Made by a program: the position numbers and the translations under genes. A DNA stretch of 64,000 bases from Nitrospirota bacterium. Lineage in GTDB: Bacteria; Nitrospirota; Nitrospiria; 2-01-FULL-66-17. The notes beneath the pieces were generated by a model. It did no database searches. It worked only from the letters and a program-made list of their open reading frames with translations, and was not told the DNA's origin. Shown here in pieces: positions 18,845 through 28,069 of the stretch (position 1 is its first letter; each line of letters begins with the position of its first letter). The stretch is from NCBI GenBank assembly GCA_049325295.1, contig JBMOMD010000043.1, positions 11,578 to 75,577 of the forward strand, read 5' to 3'.

Positions 18845-19273
18845 ATGCTGTTGGGATTCTTGGATCGCTACCGCGACTACGGACCGCTCTGTCTTCGCAT
18901 CGCACTCGGCCTCGTGATGATGGGGCACGGCAGCCAGAAATTGTTCGGCGCGTTCGGCGGGGGCGGTTTGTCGGGTACCGCGGGGTTCTTTGATCAAATC
19001 GGACTCGCGCCGGGCCTGTTCTGGGCCACGGTGGCGGCGATCGTGGAAACCTTCGGCGGGCTCTTGGTCTTCATCGGATTGCTGACGCGCGTGGCCGGCG
19101 TGTTGATCGCGATCACCATGTTCGTGGCCATGGTGTGGGTCCATCTGCCGAACGGGTTCTTTCTCCAAAATAAGGGGATCGAGTTCACCCTGGTCCTGTT
19201 CAGCATGGCCACGGCGCTGGCGCTGACGGGCCCGGGCGCGGTGTCGGCCGACGCCATGGCCACGAAACGGTGA
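18845..19273 (+). CDS. DoxX family membrane protein
   Basis: DoxX-like TM pattern (GLVMMGHGSQKL...FFDQIGLAPGLFW). RBS GGAGGTGAG. Confidence 0.75.
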   Translation: MLLGFLDRYRDYGPLCLRIALGLVMMGHGSQKLFGAFGGGGLSGTAGFFDQIGLAPGLFWATVAAIVETFGGLLVFIGLLTRVAGVLIAITMFVAMVWVHLPNGFFLQNKGIEFTLVLFSMATALALTGPGAVSADAMATKR

Positions 19274-19297
19274 TTGCTTTCACGAGGGAGGTGATCC

Positions 19298-19666
19298 ATG
19301 AAGGTGATCGAGATCGCGTTTACCGGGTATCCCGTGACCGACCTCAAGCGCGCGCGGAAATTTTATGAGGGCGCGCTGGGCTTGACGGTCGGCAAGATGT
19401 TCGGCGATGAGAACCAGGCGTGGGTGGAATACGACATCGGGCCCGGCACGCTCGCCATCGGCAATATCGCGCCGGAATGGAAACCCTCGCCCAACGGCGG
19501 GTCGATCGGACTGGAAGTGGATGACTTCGAGGGCGCAATCAAACGGCTCAAGCAGCTCGGCGTCACGTTCGCGGTCGAACCCATGGAATCGCCGGTCTGC
19601 CGCATGGCCGTGATCTCGGACCCCGACGGCAACTCGGTGACCATTCACAAGCGCAAGGCCAGATAA
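19298..19666 (+). CDS. VOC (glyoxalase/bleomycin-resistance) family protein
   Basis: Small VOC-fold sequence (YPVTDLKRARKFYEGALGL...). Confidence 0.72.
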   Translation: MKVIEIAFTGYPVTDLKRARKFYEGALGLTVGKMFGDENQAWVEYDIGPGTLAIGNIAPEWKPSPNGGSIGLEVDDFEGAIKRLKQLGVTFAVEPMESPVCRMAVISDPDGNSVTIHKRKAR

Positions 19667-19739
19667 CGCGAGCGAGGGGATGACGGTTCGCGACATGGGG
19701 CAAGGTTCCCTTCCCTCCCGCGTGTTTGGCCTTTGATCA

Positions 19740-20126
19740 ATGCGCGTCGCCTGGGAGGATGCGATCAGACGCGGTGACGTCCGGACCGTTTGCGAGCTCA
19801 TTGCGCGCGGCGTGGACGTCAATGCCCGCGATCGGTACGGACAGACCGGTCTGATGCTGGCCGCGCACGCCGGGCATCGCCGGATCGTGGAAACGCTCAT
19901 CGCGCATCGGGCCGATCCGAACGTCACCGCCAAGTTCGGGTTGAGCGCGTTGATGTTGGCGGTTGTGGCCGGGCATCCGGACATTGCGCGCCTCTTGGCG
20001 AAGGTCGGGGCCGATCTCGCGTTGCGGGGAACCGGGGCTCCTGGCTTCGCCAACAAGACCGCCTATGATTTGGCGGTCGAGCGCGGCATGTCGGAGGTAT
20101 CCGCTGAATTGAAGCCCGAACCGTAA
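19740..20126 (+). CDS. Ankyrin repeat protein
   Basis: ANK repeats (GQTGLMLAAHAGHRRIVETLIAHRADPN...). Confidence 0.7.
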   Translation: MRVAWEDAIRRGDVRTVCELIARGVDVNARDRYGQTGLMLAAHAGHRRIVETLIAHRADPNVTAKFGLSALMLAVVAGHPDIARLLAKVGADLALRGTGAPGFANKTAYDLAVERGMSEVSAELKPEP

Positions 20127-20141
20127 ACCAAGGACGGCGCG

Positions 20142-20744
20142 ATGACGTCAGACTCTGAGCGACGCGCGGAATACGAGCGGTTCAAGCGGATCGACGCGGC
20201 GTTTCGCGCGGGTGATCTGGCCGCGTTGCGGGCCGCGGTCGATGATCCGGCGGCCGTGCCGAACGGACCGATGCCGTTGACCATCGGCTCCTGCCTCGAA
20301 TACGCGATCTACCACAGCCCGTTGCCGTTCATCCGCGCGCTGCTGGAGATCGGCGCGGATTCCAACCCCGCGGACCACGCCGGGTTTCCGCCCTTGATCG
20401 CGGCCTTGTCGTGCGGCCGCGCACAGCCCGGCGCGCCCGGTCGATCGGACGTCATGGAGGTCATGAAACTTTTGCTCGCGTTCAGGTCCGACCCCAACCA
20501 ACGCGGGATCAACGACTATACGCCGCTGCACATGGCGGTCAGCGAGCGGAATCTGCCGGCAATCGAACTCTTATTGGTCTCAGGCGCGGACCCGCGGCTG
20601 CGCACCCGGATCGACGAGCGCGAAACCCCGCGCGAGATGGCGGAGAAAGCCGGATCTCGCGACATCGCTCGGCTGCTTGCGAGTCACGAGGCGGCGCGCC
20701 GGGGTGAACCCGGTCCCGCCGACACGTTCAACGAATCACGTTGA
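20142..20744 (+). CDS. Ankyrin repeat protein
   Basis: ANK repeats (YTPLHMAVSERNLPAIELLLVSGADP). Confidence 0.7.
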   Translation: MTSDSERRAEYERFKRIDAAFRAGDLAALRAAVDDPAAVPNGPMPLTIGSCLEYAIYHSPLPFIRALLEIGADSNPADHAGFPPLIAALSCGRAQPGAPGRSDVMEVMKLLLAFRSDPNQRGINDYTPLHMAVSERNLPAIELLLVSGADPRLRTRIDERETPREMAEKAGSRDIARLLASHEAARRGEPGPADTFNESR

Positions 20745-20792
20745 CCCATCCGGTCGTGTCCGGTTTCGCGGACGCGTTGTGCGGCATCGCAC

Positions 20793-20822
20793 TTTACCTG
20801 TTTGTCGGGCCCGTGGTATAAG
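20793..20822 (+). promoter_or_regulatory. Promoter-like motif TTTACC-N17-GTATAAG(CGCGGCATGC). One of two near-identical copies; the other is at 26677.
   Basis: Shares CGTG(G/T)TATAAGCGCG(G/C)CATGC and a TTTAC(C/T) -35 at identical spacing with 26677-26706. Confidence 0.45.
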
Positions 20823-20857
20823 CGCGGCATGCGCGTCCGTTCCCCCGGAGCAGCGGC

Positions 20858-21307
20858 ATGAGCCTGCGTTGGTTGCGGCGGATCGGCGTTCACCTGGTGA
20901 CGGTGCTCGTTGGTCTCTCGACCGCGGGCGCCGCGGTCGACGCCAAGCTCGGACTGCCGACCCCGATCACGACCGGGCTGGCCGATTACGCGTTCCAGGG
21001 AGCGGACGCGGCGGTCAAGGCGTGGGCCAAAGGCAGCGCGCGGGAGGGGAGTCCTGAAACCTCGATTCAAGTCAACTACTTGAAACACGTTGAAGCGATG
21101 TACGGGAAGTTCCAGAGTTATCATCTCGTCCAAGTGCATGCGCTCTCGCCATTGACCCTCATCGTGTACCTGACCATCAACTACGAGAAGGGACCGTTGT
21201 TTGCCCGGTTCCTGTCCTACCGCATCAGAAACGATTGGGTGCTGCCGGAGTTCAGCTTCGACACCAAACCCGAGGCGATTTTCCCGCCCGAGTTGTTGGC
21301 GGACTGA
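20858..21307 (+). CDS. Hypothetical secreted protein (signal peptide)
   Basis: N-terminal hydrophobic signal sequence. RBS GGAGCAG. No family recognised. Confidence 0.45.
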   Translation: MSLRWLRRIGVHLVTVLVGLSTAGAAVDAKLGLPTPITTGLADYAFQGADAAVKAWAKGSAREGSPETSIQVNYLKHVEAMYGKFQSYHLVQVHALSPLTLIVYLTINYEKGPLFARFLSYRIRNDWVLPEFSFDTKPEAIFPPELLAD

Positions 21308-21346
21308 CGCCGCGCTTCGGCGAGGGAACGGGACACGCGTTCGACG

Positions 21347-21541
21347 ATGACCCTGTCGGCAGACCAGTGGAAAGAGTGGATTGTTGCGGCCGTCGTGATC
21401 ACGGCCGGGGGCGTCGTTCTCGCCGTGGTCGGGTCGTTACGCGGCTACGACGGAATCGCACGAGTCGGAACCGTGACGGCGTTCGGAGGGTTCATTCTGT
21501 TTCTGGTCGCGCGTATCCGGTATTCCCGCTGTCGCCGATGA
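21347..21541 (+). CDS. Small hypothetical 2-TM membrane protein (64 aa)
   Basis: Two hydrophobic helices. Weak evidence only. Confidence 0.3.
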   Translation: MTLSADQWKEWIVAAVVITAGGVVLAVVGSLRGYDGIARVGTVTAFGGFILFLVARIRYSRCRR

Positions 21542-21585
21542 CGCGGTTCCCCACATCCGGTCGGCGCCGGGCGTTCGGAGGATGA

Positions 21586-22002
21586 ATGGCCGGGTGGGAG
21601 CTGTTTCAGCACGGCGCGGACATCGGCGTGCGGGGCATCGGTCGATCCAAGGCCGAAGCCTTTGAACAGGCGGCAATGGCGCTCACCGGCGTGGTGACTG
21701 ATCCGGCGACCGTGGCGCCGAGGGACGTGGTGGAGATCACGCGCCGGGAGGCCGACGAGGAGTTGCTGCTGGTGGACTGGCTCAACGCCCTGGTGTACGA
21801 AATGGCGACGCGCCGGATGCTGTTCAGTCGGTTCGAGATCACCGTGGAGCGCGACACGTTGCGCGCGAAAGCCTGGGGCGAGGCCGTGGACGTGGCCAAA
21901 CACCAGCCGGCCGTCGAGGTCAAAGGCGCCACGTTCACCGAGCTGCGCGTTCGCCGGGATCAGGACGGCGCCTGGACCGCCCAGTGCGTGGTGGACGTGT
22001 AG
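21586..22002 (+). CDS. Archease (RtcB activator)
   Basis: Archease-length protein, N-terminus [17 protein letters not shown], directly upstream of rtcB. RBS GGAGGA. Confidence 0.85.
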   Translation: MAGWELFQHGADIGVRGIGRSKAEAFEQAAMALTGVVTDPATVAPRDVVEITRREADEELLLVDWLNALVYEMATRRMLFSRFEITVERDTLRAKAWGEAVDVAKHQPAVEVKGATFTELRVRRDQDGAWTAQCVVDV

Positions 22003-22009
22003 CCGGTCG

Positions 22010-23452
22010 TTGGAGGCACTGATGGAACTCGCGCAACTGATCCGACAATCCGAGACCGAATGGCGGATCCCGCCGAGCGGGACGATGCGGGTCCCGGTGA
22101 TCATCTACGCGACCGAATCCCTGATGCGGGAGATGGATCAGAAGGTCTACGAACAGGCGGTCAACGTGGCCGCGCTGCCGGGGATTGAAAAGGCGTGTTA
22201 CGTGATGCCCGACGCGCATTGGGGCTACGGCTTTCCGATCGGCGGCGTCGCGGCCTTTGATCCGGATCGCGGGGGCGTCATCTCGGCGGGCGGGGTGGGT
22301 TTTGATATTTCCTGCGGAGTCCGCGCATTGGTGACCGGCATGACGCGGGAGACGATCGCGCCGGAGCGGGAGCGGTTGGCCGAGGCCTTGTACCGCACGG
22401 TGCCGGCCGGCGTGGGCAGCCGGGGCAAGATCCACCTGAGCTCCCACGAGATGGACGAGATGTTGCTGGGCGGCGCCGGTTGGGCGGTGGGGAAAGGGTA
22501 CGGCCGTCCGGAAGATTTGGAGCGAATTGAAGAGCGCGGACGCATGGACGGGGCGCGGCCCGATCAGGTGTCCGAGTTCGCCAAAAAGCGCCAACAAGAC
22601 GAGATGGGCACCCTGGGCTCGGGCAATCACTACTTGGAAGTGCAGGAAGTCCGGGCCGTGTACGACGCGGAATTGGCCGCGGTGTTCGGAATTCGCCAGG
22701 GCGACGTGGTGGTGAGCATCCACTGCGGCTCGCGCGGCCTGGGCCATCAGATCGGGACCGAGTTTTTGAAGAAGATGCTGCCGGCGGCCGCGCAAGCCGG
22801 CATCGAACTCCCGGATCGCGAGCTGGCCTGCGCGCCCATCCGGTCGGACGTGGGGCAAGCATACCTTGGGGCGATGCGCGCGGCCACCAACTGCGCGCTG
22901 GCCAACCGGCAGATCATCACCCACCTGGTGCGCCAGGCGTTCGGCCGGGTGTTCCCTTCCGCGGAGCTTCGATTGCTCTACGACGTGTCCCATAACACCT
23001 GCAAGGTCGAAACACACGTCGTCGACAACCGGCCTAAACGCCTGTTCGTGCACCGCAAGGGCGCGACCCGCGCCTTCGGTCCCGGGCATCCGGACATTCC
23101 GCCAGCGTTGCGCGCGGTGGGACAACCGGTGTTGATCGGCGGCACCATGGGCACGGCGTCGTACGTTCTGGTGGGAACCGGCCAGGGAGAGGAGCGATCC
23201 TTTGGATCGGCCTGCCACGGCGCGGGGCGGAGCATGAGCCGGCACCAAGCCACGAAACAATGGCGGGGACGCGACTTGATCGACGCCTTGGCCGCCAAGG
23301 GCGTGTTGATCCGCAGCCCCTCCTACCGCGGCGTGGCCGAGGAAGCGCCGGGCGCGTATAAAGACGTGGACGCGGTGGTGGACGCCGCGGATGAGGCCGG
23401 ATTGGCTCGAAAGGTGGCCCGGCTCGAGCCGATGATCTGCATCAAAGGATAA
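22010..23452 (+). CDS. rtcB: RNA-splicing ligase RtcB
   Basis: RtcB signature (MPDAHWGYGFPIGGVAAFD...HNHY...). 480 aa. Confidence 0.92.
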   Translation: MEALMELAQLIRQSETEWRIPPSGTMRVPVIIYATESLMREMDQKVYEQAVNVAALPGIEKACYVMPDAHWGYGFPIGGVAAFDPDRGGVISAGGVGFDISCGVRALVTGMTRETIAPERERLAEALYRTVPAGVGSRGKIHLSSHEMDEMLLGGAGWAVGKGYGRPEDLERIEERGRMDGARPDQVSEFAKKRQQDEMGTLGSGNHYLEVQEVRAVYDAELAAVFGIRQGDVVVSIHCGSRGLGHQIGTEFLKKMLPAAAQAGIELPDRELACAPIRSDVGQAYLGAMRAATNCALANRQIITHLVRQAFGRVFPSAELRLLYDVSHNTCKVETHVVDNRPKRLFVHRKGATRAFGPGHPDIPPALRAVGQPVLIGGTMGTASYVLVGTGQGEERSFGSACHGAGRSMSRHQATKQWRGRDLIDALAAKGVLIRSPSYRGVAEEAPGAYKDVDAVVDAADEAGLARKVARLEPMICIKG

Positions 23453-23801
23453 CGTCGCGACGTTCCTCCACGCGCCGCCGCGCCACGCGTCGGTCATCGT
23501 TCATATCACGAACAGCGCCGGCGGCGTTGCCTTGACTTCACGACCGAGGCCGTGTTACCCGACTGTTATCCGGTCGGTCGTTTCGGCCGGCGTGGTCGCG
23601 GGTTCGGAGGAACCGGTTCGTCTCCGCGGGGAGGATCCCAGTCCCCGCAGAGGAGGGTTCCGTGGAGTCAGGTCCGCGCTCCAGAACGAGCGTTTCACCG
23701 TACGGCGCCTTCCACGCGCCGCGCGCGCCTCCTTGCATACCTCATCCCCGTAGTCGCACTTTCCCATTGCTTCTGAAATCTGAAACGAAGGAGGTTTCGC
23801 A

Positions 23802-26018
23802 ATGAACACTCGTCCAACTCGTGACCCGCCGTGGCCGTCGACCCCGTTCGCAAAGGGGACGCTCGCGCTGGGCGGCCTTGTCCTGGTCGCGGTCCTCTCC
23901 GCGGGAATCTCCGCCTTGGCCGCGAACGACGCCGTCGCCACCGGCGTCCAATCCGAACAACTTGTTCCCCCGGCCTGGGTCGGGAATCAGTGGCTGCGTT
24001 ATGATCCTGACGCGCGCATTCAAGAAGAAACCGGATACCGGATTCTCGCGCTGGAGCGCGATCACTCGGAACGACTCGGGCTGTTGGCCAATCGGTGGAG
24101 CGATCTGAGCGCCGACGCGTCCAGCTTCGCGAAGGCCCGCGGCGCGCGCCTGCAGGAAGCGTTGGGACTTTCGATTGCCACGACCGCCCAGCGCCTGTAC
24201 ATCGAGCGGTCGGCGCTCGAGGCGGCCCTTGCCGAGCATCGCGCCACCGTCGCCGCGGTGCTGAGCGGGGGCTGGTTTCAGGAGCGCCTGGGAGCGGCGA
24301 TCGCCCAGACCGCCGCCGCGATCCCGCCGAACGATCCCCGTTTTCTCCCGCGCATCGAGGCCGAGCGCGCGAAGTTGTCCGTGTTCGAGTCCCGCGTGGC
24401 CAATCGGGCCGCGGAACAGATCGGCGTGTTGAACGCGCGGTTGGCGCAAGTTCCCCGCGAGTCGATCACCCGCCTGGCCGACGCGATCGCGGAGGGCCGT
24501 CGAGTGGCGCGTTTTTACGACGCGTCCGTCGAGGCGCAGTTCGCGCGCGACATCAACCAGATTCAAACCGAAATGACGGCGACCAGGGACGCAAGGGATT
24601 ATCAAGCCATCGCGCAAGCGGCCGAAGCCGCGGTGCGGTCGCCCTGGAGCGGTCGCGGATTTCTGGAATTCGGCGCCGCGGCGTTGCTCGGCGCGATCGG
24701 CGCCATGGCCTGGGTCGCCCTCACCACCAAAGCGGATTTCCCCCGCGTGCGCGATCGGATCACGAGGCCGTTGACCGGGAAACCGTCGCGCCTTCCCCGA
24801 TGGAAAGGCCGGGTCGCGAGACCGCGATCCACGGCGCTGTCGATTTGGCCTCGCGAGGTGATCTTCGGCAGCCACTGCACGCGGGACATCGGCGGTTACG
24901 CCGGCGGCGAGCATGCCTCGCACGTCACGATCTTGACGGACCCCGACGTCGCCCGGAGAGGGCTCGTGGACCCGGTGACGGCCTCGCTGGCCGAAGCCGG
25001 GGTTCGATGCGACGTCATGGCGCGGGTCTCGCGCGAAGTGCCCCACGCCGTGGTCGCGGACATCGCGTCCTGGTGCAAGGCCGCGAAAACGGATCTGCTG
25101 GTGGCGGTCGGGGGCGGCAGCGTGATCGACACCGCGAAGGCGGTCGGGATCATCTTGACGAACGGCGGCTCGATCCAGGACTACGAAGGGGTGGACCGCG
25201 TGGGTCTCCCGATCACGACGTTGTACGCGGTGCCGACCACGGCGGGCTGCGGGGCCGAGACCAGTCCGTTCTGCATCGTGCGCGACGCGACCCGGAAACG
25301 GAAGTTCGAGATCTTCAGCCGCGCATTGATCCCCGAGCGGGTCTTTATCGATCCGTTGATGACCCGCACGATGCCGCCGGATCTGACCGCGAGCACCGGC
25401 CTCGACGCCTTGGCCAACGCGGTTGAGGCGTATTTTTCCACGTGGGCGAATCCGCTGAGCGACACGCTCGCGCTGGACGCGATACGGCTCATCGGGGAGA
25501 ACCTGCGCGCGGCCGTGGCCAACGGCCAGAACGTGCACGCCCGCCAACAGATGGCGCTCGCGGCCTTCGAAGCCGGGCAAGCCTCGGTCAACGCGAGGAG
25601 CGGCGCGGTGCACGCCCTCGGGCACTCGTTGTCGGGACAATTTGATCTCCCGGAGCGGATCGGGAACGCGATCCTGCTTCCGCACGTGATGCGGGCCTAT
25701 CTCTACGCGGACGGACGGCGCATGGCCAAGGTCGCCGAAATGTTGGGCGAATCCGTGGCGGGCCTGAACGCGCGCGCGGCGGCCCAGCGCGCGATCGACG
25801 CGGTGACGGTGCTCTTGATGGACGTGGGACTCCCCACCACCCTGGAGCAAGTGGGCGTGGACAAACACGCGATTTCGACGCTGAGCGTGCAGGCGATGGA
25901 GGACCCGTTGCTGCGGGCGAACCCACAGGCGCTCAAACGGGAGGACGTCGAGGCGATCTACGAGGACGCGTTCATCGAATACGCCGAAATCGAGATGGAA
26001 CCCTCGAAGCAAAGTTGA
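23802..26018 (+). CDS. Fusion protein: N-terminal 2-TM / Ala-rich extracytoplasmic-like domain (~340 aa) plus C-terminal iron-containing alcohol dehydrogenase (Fe-ADH family) domain
   Basis: C-terminal half has the Fe-ADH NAD motif GGGSVIDTAKAV and the metal-binding HALGHSL. Two predicted TM helices at aa ~20-42 and ~292-312. Single uninterrupted ORF. RBS AGGAGG. Confidence 0.8.
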   Translation: MNTRPTRDPPWPSTPFAKGTLALGGLVLVAVLSAGISALAANDAVATGVQSEQLVPPAWVGNQWLRYDPDARIQEETGYRILALERDHSERLGLLANRWSDLSADASSFAKARGARLQEALGLSIATTAQRLYIERSALEAALAEHRATVAAVLSGGWFQERLGAAIAQTAAAIPPNDPRFLPRIEAERAKLSVFESRVANRAAEQIGVLNARLAQVPRESITRLADAIAEGRRVARFYDASVEAQFARDINQIQTEMTATRDARDYQAIAQAAEAAVRSPWSGRGFLEFGAAALLGAIGAMAWVALTTKADFPRVRDRITRPLTGKPSRLPRWKGRVARPRSTALSIWPREVIFGSHCTRDIGGYAGGEHASHVTILTDPDVARRGLVDPVTASLAEAGVRCDVMARVSREVPHAVVADIASWCKAAKTDLLVAVGGGSVIDTAKAVGIILTNGGSIQDYEGVDRVGLPITTLYAVPTTAGCGAETSPFCIVRDATRKRKFEIFSRALIPERVFIDPLMTRTMPPDLTASTGLDALANAVEAYFSTWANPLSDTLALDAIRLIGENLRAAVANGQNVHARQQMALAAFEAGQASVNARSGAVHALGHSLSGQFDLPERIGNAILLPHVMRAYLYADGRRMAKVAEMLGESVAGLNARAAAQRAIDAVTVLLMDVGLPTTLEQVGVDKHAISTLSVQAMEDPLLRANPQALKREDVEAIYEDAFIEYAEIEMEPSKQS

Positions 26019-26043
26019 CGTCATTGCGATAATCTGACTCCCC

Positions 26044-26078
26044 AGGCGCCGAAGCGTTGCTTCGGCGCCTGTTGTATT
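26044..26078 (+). terminator. Rho-independent-like terminator AGGCGCCGAAGC-gttg-CTTCGGCGCCT followed by GTTGTATT
   Basis: 11-12 bp perfect stem, 26 nt after the ADH-fusion stop. Confidence 0.6.
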
Positions 26079-26209
26079 CGCCGGGATGTCGATGCGAGTC
26101 GCGCAACGCGCTTTACAACCGTTGACACGTGTTGCGCCCGACCAGCCGCGCGTGCTAGATAGCTGATCACGCGCCGCGGACGTGATCCGGACGCCTTGAT
26201 GGCGCGCTG

Positions 26210-26653
26210 ATGGTGGCTGATGGTGATCGACACGTGAGCGGTTCCAAACCTCGACTGTATCGATACGAACTGCCGGGCAAATGGATTGTGCTGGCCGGAG
26301 CCACGGACCAGGACAACGATTACCTGAGCACGACGGTGGCCGAGCCCGCGGACTGGTGGTTTCACGCCGAGGGCGTGCCGGGCAGCCACGTCATCCTGCG
26401 CGCCAAGCCGGACGAAGAGCCGGGCCGCGAGACGATCGAGCAGGCCGCGGCCGTGGCCGCGTATCACAGCAAGGCGCGCGGCGCGGGCGCGGTGCGGGTC
26501 CACTGCGCGCGGGCGCGACACGTGAGCAAGCCGCGCGGCGCCAAGATCGGCACGGTCCAGGTTTCAAAAGGGACGGTGGTGAAGGTGCGCCCCGACGTGA
26601 GCGCCGCGATCCGCCTGCCCCCTTCGGACGATGCGCCGGACGCCAGCGGTTGA
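26210..26653 (+). CDS. DUF814 (NFACT-R) domain protein
   Basis: WWFHAEGVPGSHVILRA is characteristic of DUF814. The start may be GTG at 26234. Confidence 0.6.
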   Translation: MVADGDRHVSGSKPRLYRYELPGKWIVLAGATDQDNDYLSTTVAEPADWWFHAEGVPGSHVILRAKPDEEPGRETIEQAAAVAAYHSKARGAGAVRVHCARARHVSKPRGAKIGTVQVSKGTVVKVRPDVSAAIRLPPSDDAPDASG

Positions 26654-26676
26654 TGCATCGCGCCTCACGCGAGGAC

Positions 26677-26706
26677 TTTACTGGTTCAATAAGGCCGTGT
26701 TATAAG
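26677..26706 (+). promoter_or_regulatory. Promoter-like motif TTTACT-N17-TTATAAG(CGCGCCATGC), the second of the two near-identical copies
   Basis: Same motif as 20793-20822. Upstream of dCMP deaminase. Confidence 0.45.
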
Positions 26707-26765
26707 CGCGCCATGCCGCGGCACTCCCGGACGACAATCGGTTCGCGCGCTTCCTGGTGAGCTGA

Positions 26766-27311
26766 GTGCTCCTCACGCCGGAAAAGCAGCACTACTACAT
26801 GGGCATCGCGTTCGCGGTCCGCAAACGCGCGAATTGCGTGGGCCGGAAAGTCGGCGCGCTGCTGGTGGTGGAGAACCGCATCATTTCCACCGGCTATAAC
26901 GGCACGCCCGAGGGGCTGACCAACTGCAACGACGGGGGATGCCATCGGTGCGCCAATCGGGAGTCGTACCAGTCCAGCGTGGGGTACGACGTGTGTATCT
27001 GCGTGCACGCGGAGCAGAACACCTTGCTGTCCGCCGCGCGATTCGGGATCGCCGTGTCCGGCGCCGCCACCTTCACCACGCTCAAGCCGTGTTTCGGCTG
27101 CGCCAAGGAACTGTTCCAGGCCAATGTCCGCACGCTCTACTACCTCGAGGACTGGAGCTACCCGGGGCGGGAGCTCCAAGAGCAGTACACCGAGCTGTTG
27201 GGGCGGTTCCAAGTCGTTCACGTTAAAATGGCCGATCCCGAGGCCGAATGGGCCAAGGGCCGCGGGACGACGCCGTCCAGCGTGGATGACCTCGGGCACC
27301 AGCAGTTGTAG
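26766..27311 (+). CDS. dCMP deaminase (ComEB-like cytidine/deoxycytidylate deaminase)
   Basis: Zinc motifs HAEQNTLL and PCFGCAKEL. GTG start. Confidence 0.85.
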   Translation: MLLTPEKQHYYMGIAFAVRKRANCVGRKVGALLVVENRIISTGYNGTPEGLTNCNDGGCHRCANRESYQSSVGYDVCICVHAEQNTLLSAARFGIAVSGAATFTTLKPCFGCAKELFQANVRTLYYLEDWSYPGRELQEQYTELLGRFQVVHVKMADPEAEWAKGRGTTPSSVDDLGHQQL

Positions 27312-27320
27312 TCGGCAGCC

Positions 27321-27350
27321 TTGAAATACCGTGAACGTCGTTTGTAGAAT
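27321..27350 (+). promoter_or_regulatory. Sigma-70-like promoter TTGAAA-N18-TAGAAT (extended -10 TGT)
   Basis: Near-consensus hexamers upstream of the 27410 gene. Confidence 0.5.
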
Positions 27351-27409
27351 TTCGTCGTCCAGTCTAAGCGCGGGTCCGGCTGTCCCACCTTTCAGCGGAG
27401 GGCTCTGCG

Positions 27410-27979
27410 ATGGAAATTCCCACCTCGTTCTGGGTTCCTGGGTTCATGCCGGTGCAGTTCCTATTGGTGTTCGCGGCCGCGTTCGTGTTGTTTATCGCCG
27501 GCCAGTACGTGTTGAAGCAGTGGGGCCGACCCGTCACCGCGTTGTGGCAGGCGGCCTTGATCTGGCTGACCGCGTACGCCATTTTCAAGTGGATCGTCAA
27601 TCCCCCGTTGCCGGCCAGCCTGTTCTACACCTACATGGGCATGGTCACGGTGGCGATCTTTTTCTACGTGTCCGCGACGGAAGAAGCCTGGGCGCAGTGC
27701 CTCGGGACCGTGCGCGCATTCTTCACGGGCGGGACGCGGCGGCACCGGTTGACGCGGGCGGCGGTGTTCACGGCGCTTCCGCTGGTGACCATGTGGAGCG
27801 TGTATTCGGCGGTGGTGCCGTCATACGAGGATCCAGTGGAACTTCGAAACGGCCACTCGGCGCCGCCGCGGACGATCACGGTGCACGGAGTGCGGATTGA
27901 TCTGCAGACGGCCAAGAACCCGTTTCGCGTGGATGAGGGGCTCGGGCCGTCGTCCGGCGGGAGCGAGCCACGGGGTTGA
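27410..27979 (+). CDS. Hypothetical membrane protein (3 TM)
   Basis: Hydrophobic N-terminal half. No family recognised. Confidence 0.5.
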   Translation: MEIPTSFWVPGFMPVQFLLVFAAAFVLFIAGQYVLKQWGRPVTALWQAALIWLTAYAIFKWIVNPPLPASLFYTYMGMVTVAIFFYVSATEEAWAQCLGTVRAFFTGGTRRHRLTRAAVFTALPLVTMWSVYSAVVPSYEDPVELRNGHSAPPRTITVHGVRIDLQTAKNPFRVDEGLGPSSGGSEPRG

Positions 27980-27998
27980 TTTGAGTCTGAAACACGGC

Positions 27999-28030
27999 GG
28001 CCGTCTCTGCGATCAACGTCAGAGACGGCC
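27999..28030. terminator. Hairpin GGCCGTCTCTG-N10-CAGAGACGGCC between convergent genes
   Basis: 11-bp perfect stem 20 nt after the stop at 27979. No clear U tract. Confidence 0.4.
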
Positions 28031-28069
28031 TCTTGATGTGTTGAGCCCTGGAGCGGCTGGTGGACTGAA

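Noticed and set aside
19273-19740. attC sites between DoxX/VOC/ankyrin genes
   Set aside because: I searched for RYYYAAC...GTTRRRY pairs with internal complementarity and found none. The intergenic spacers are 15-74 bp with no suitable palindromes.
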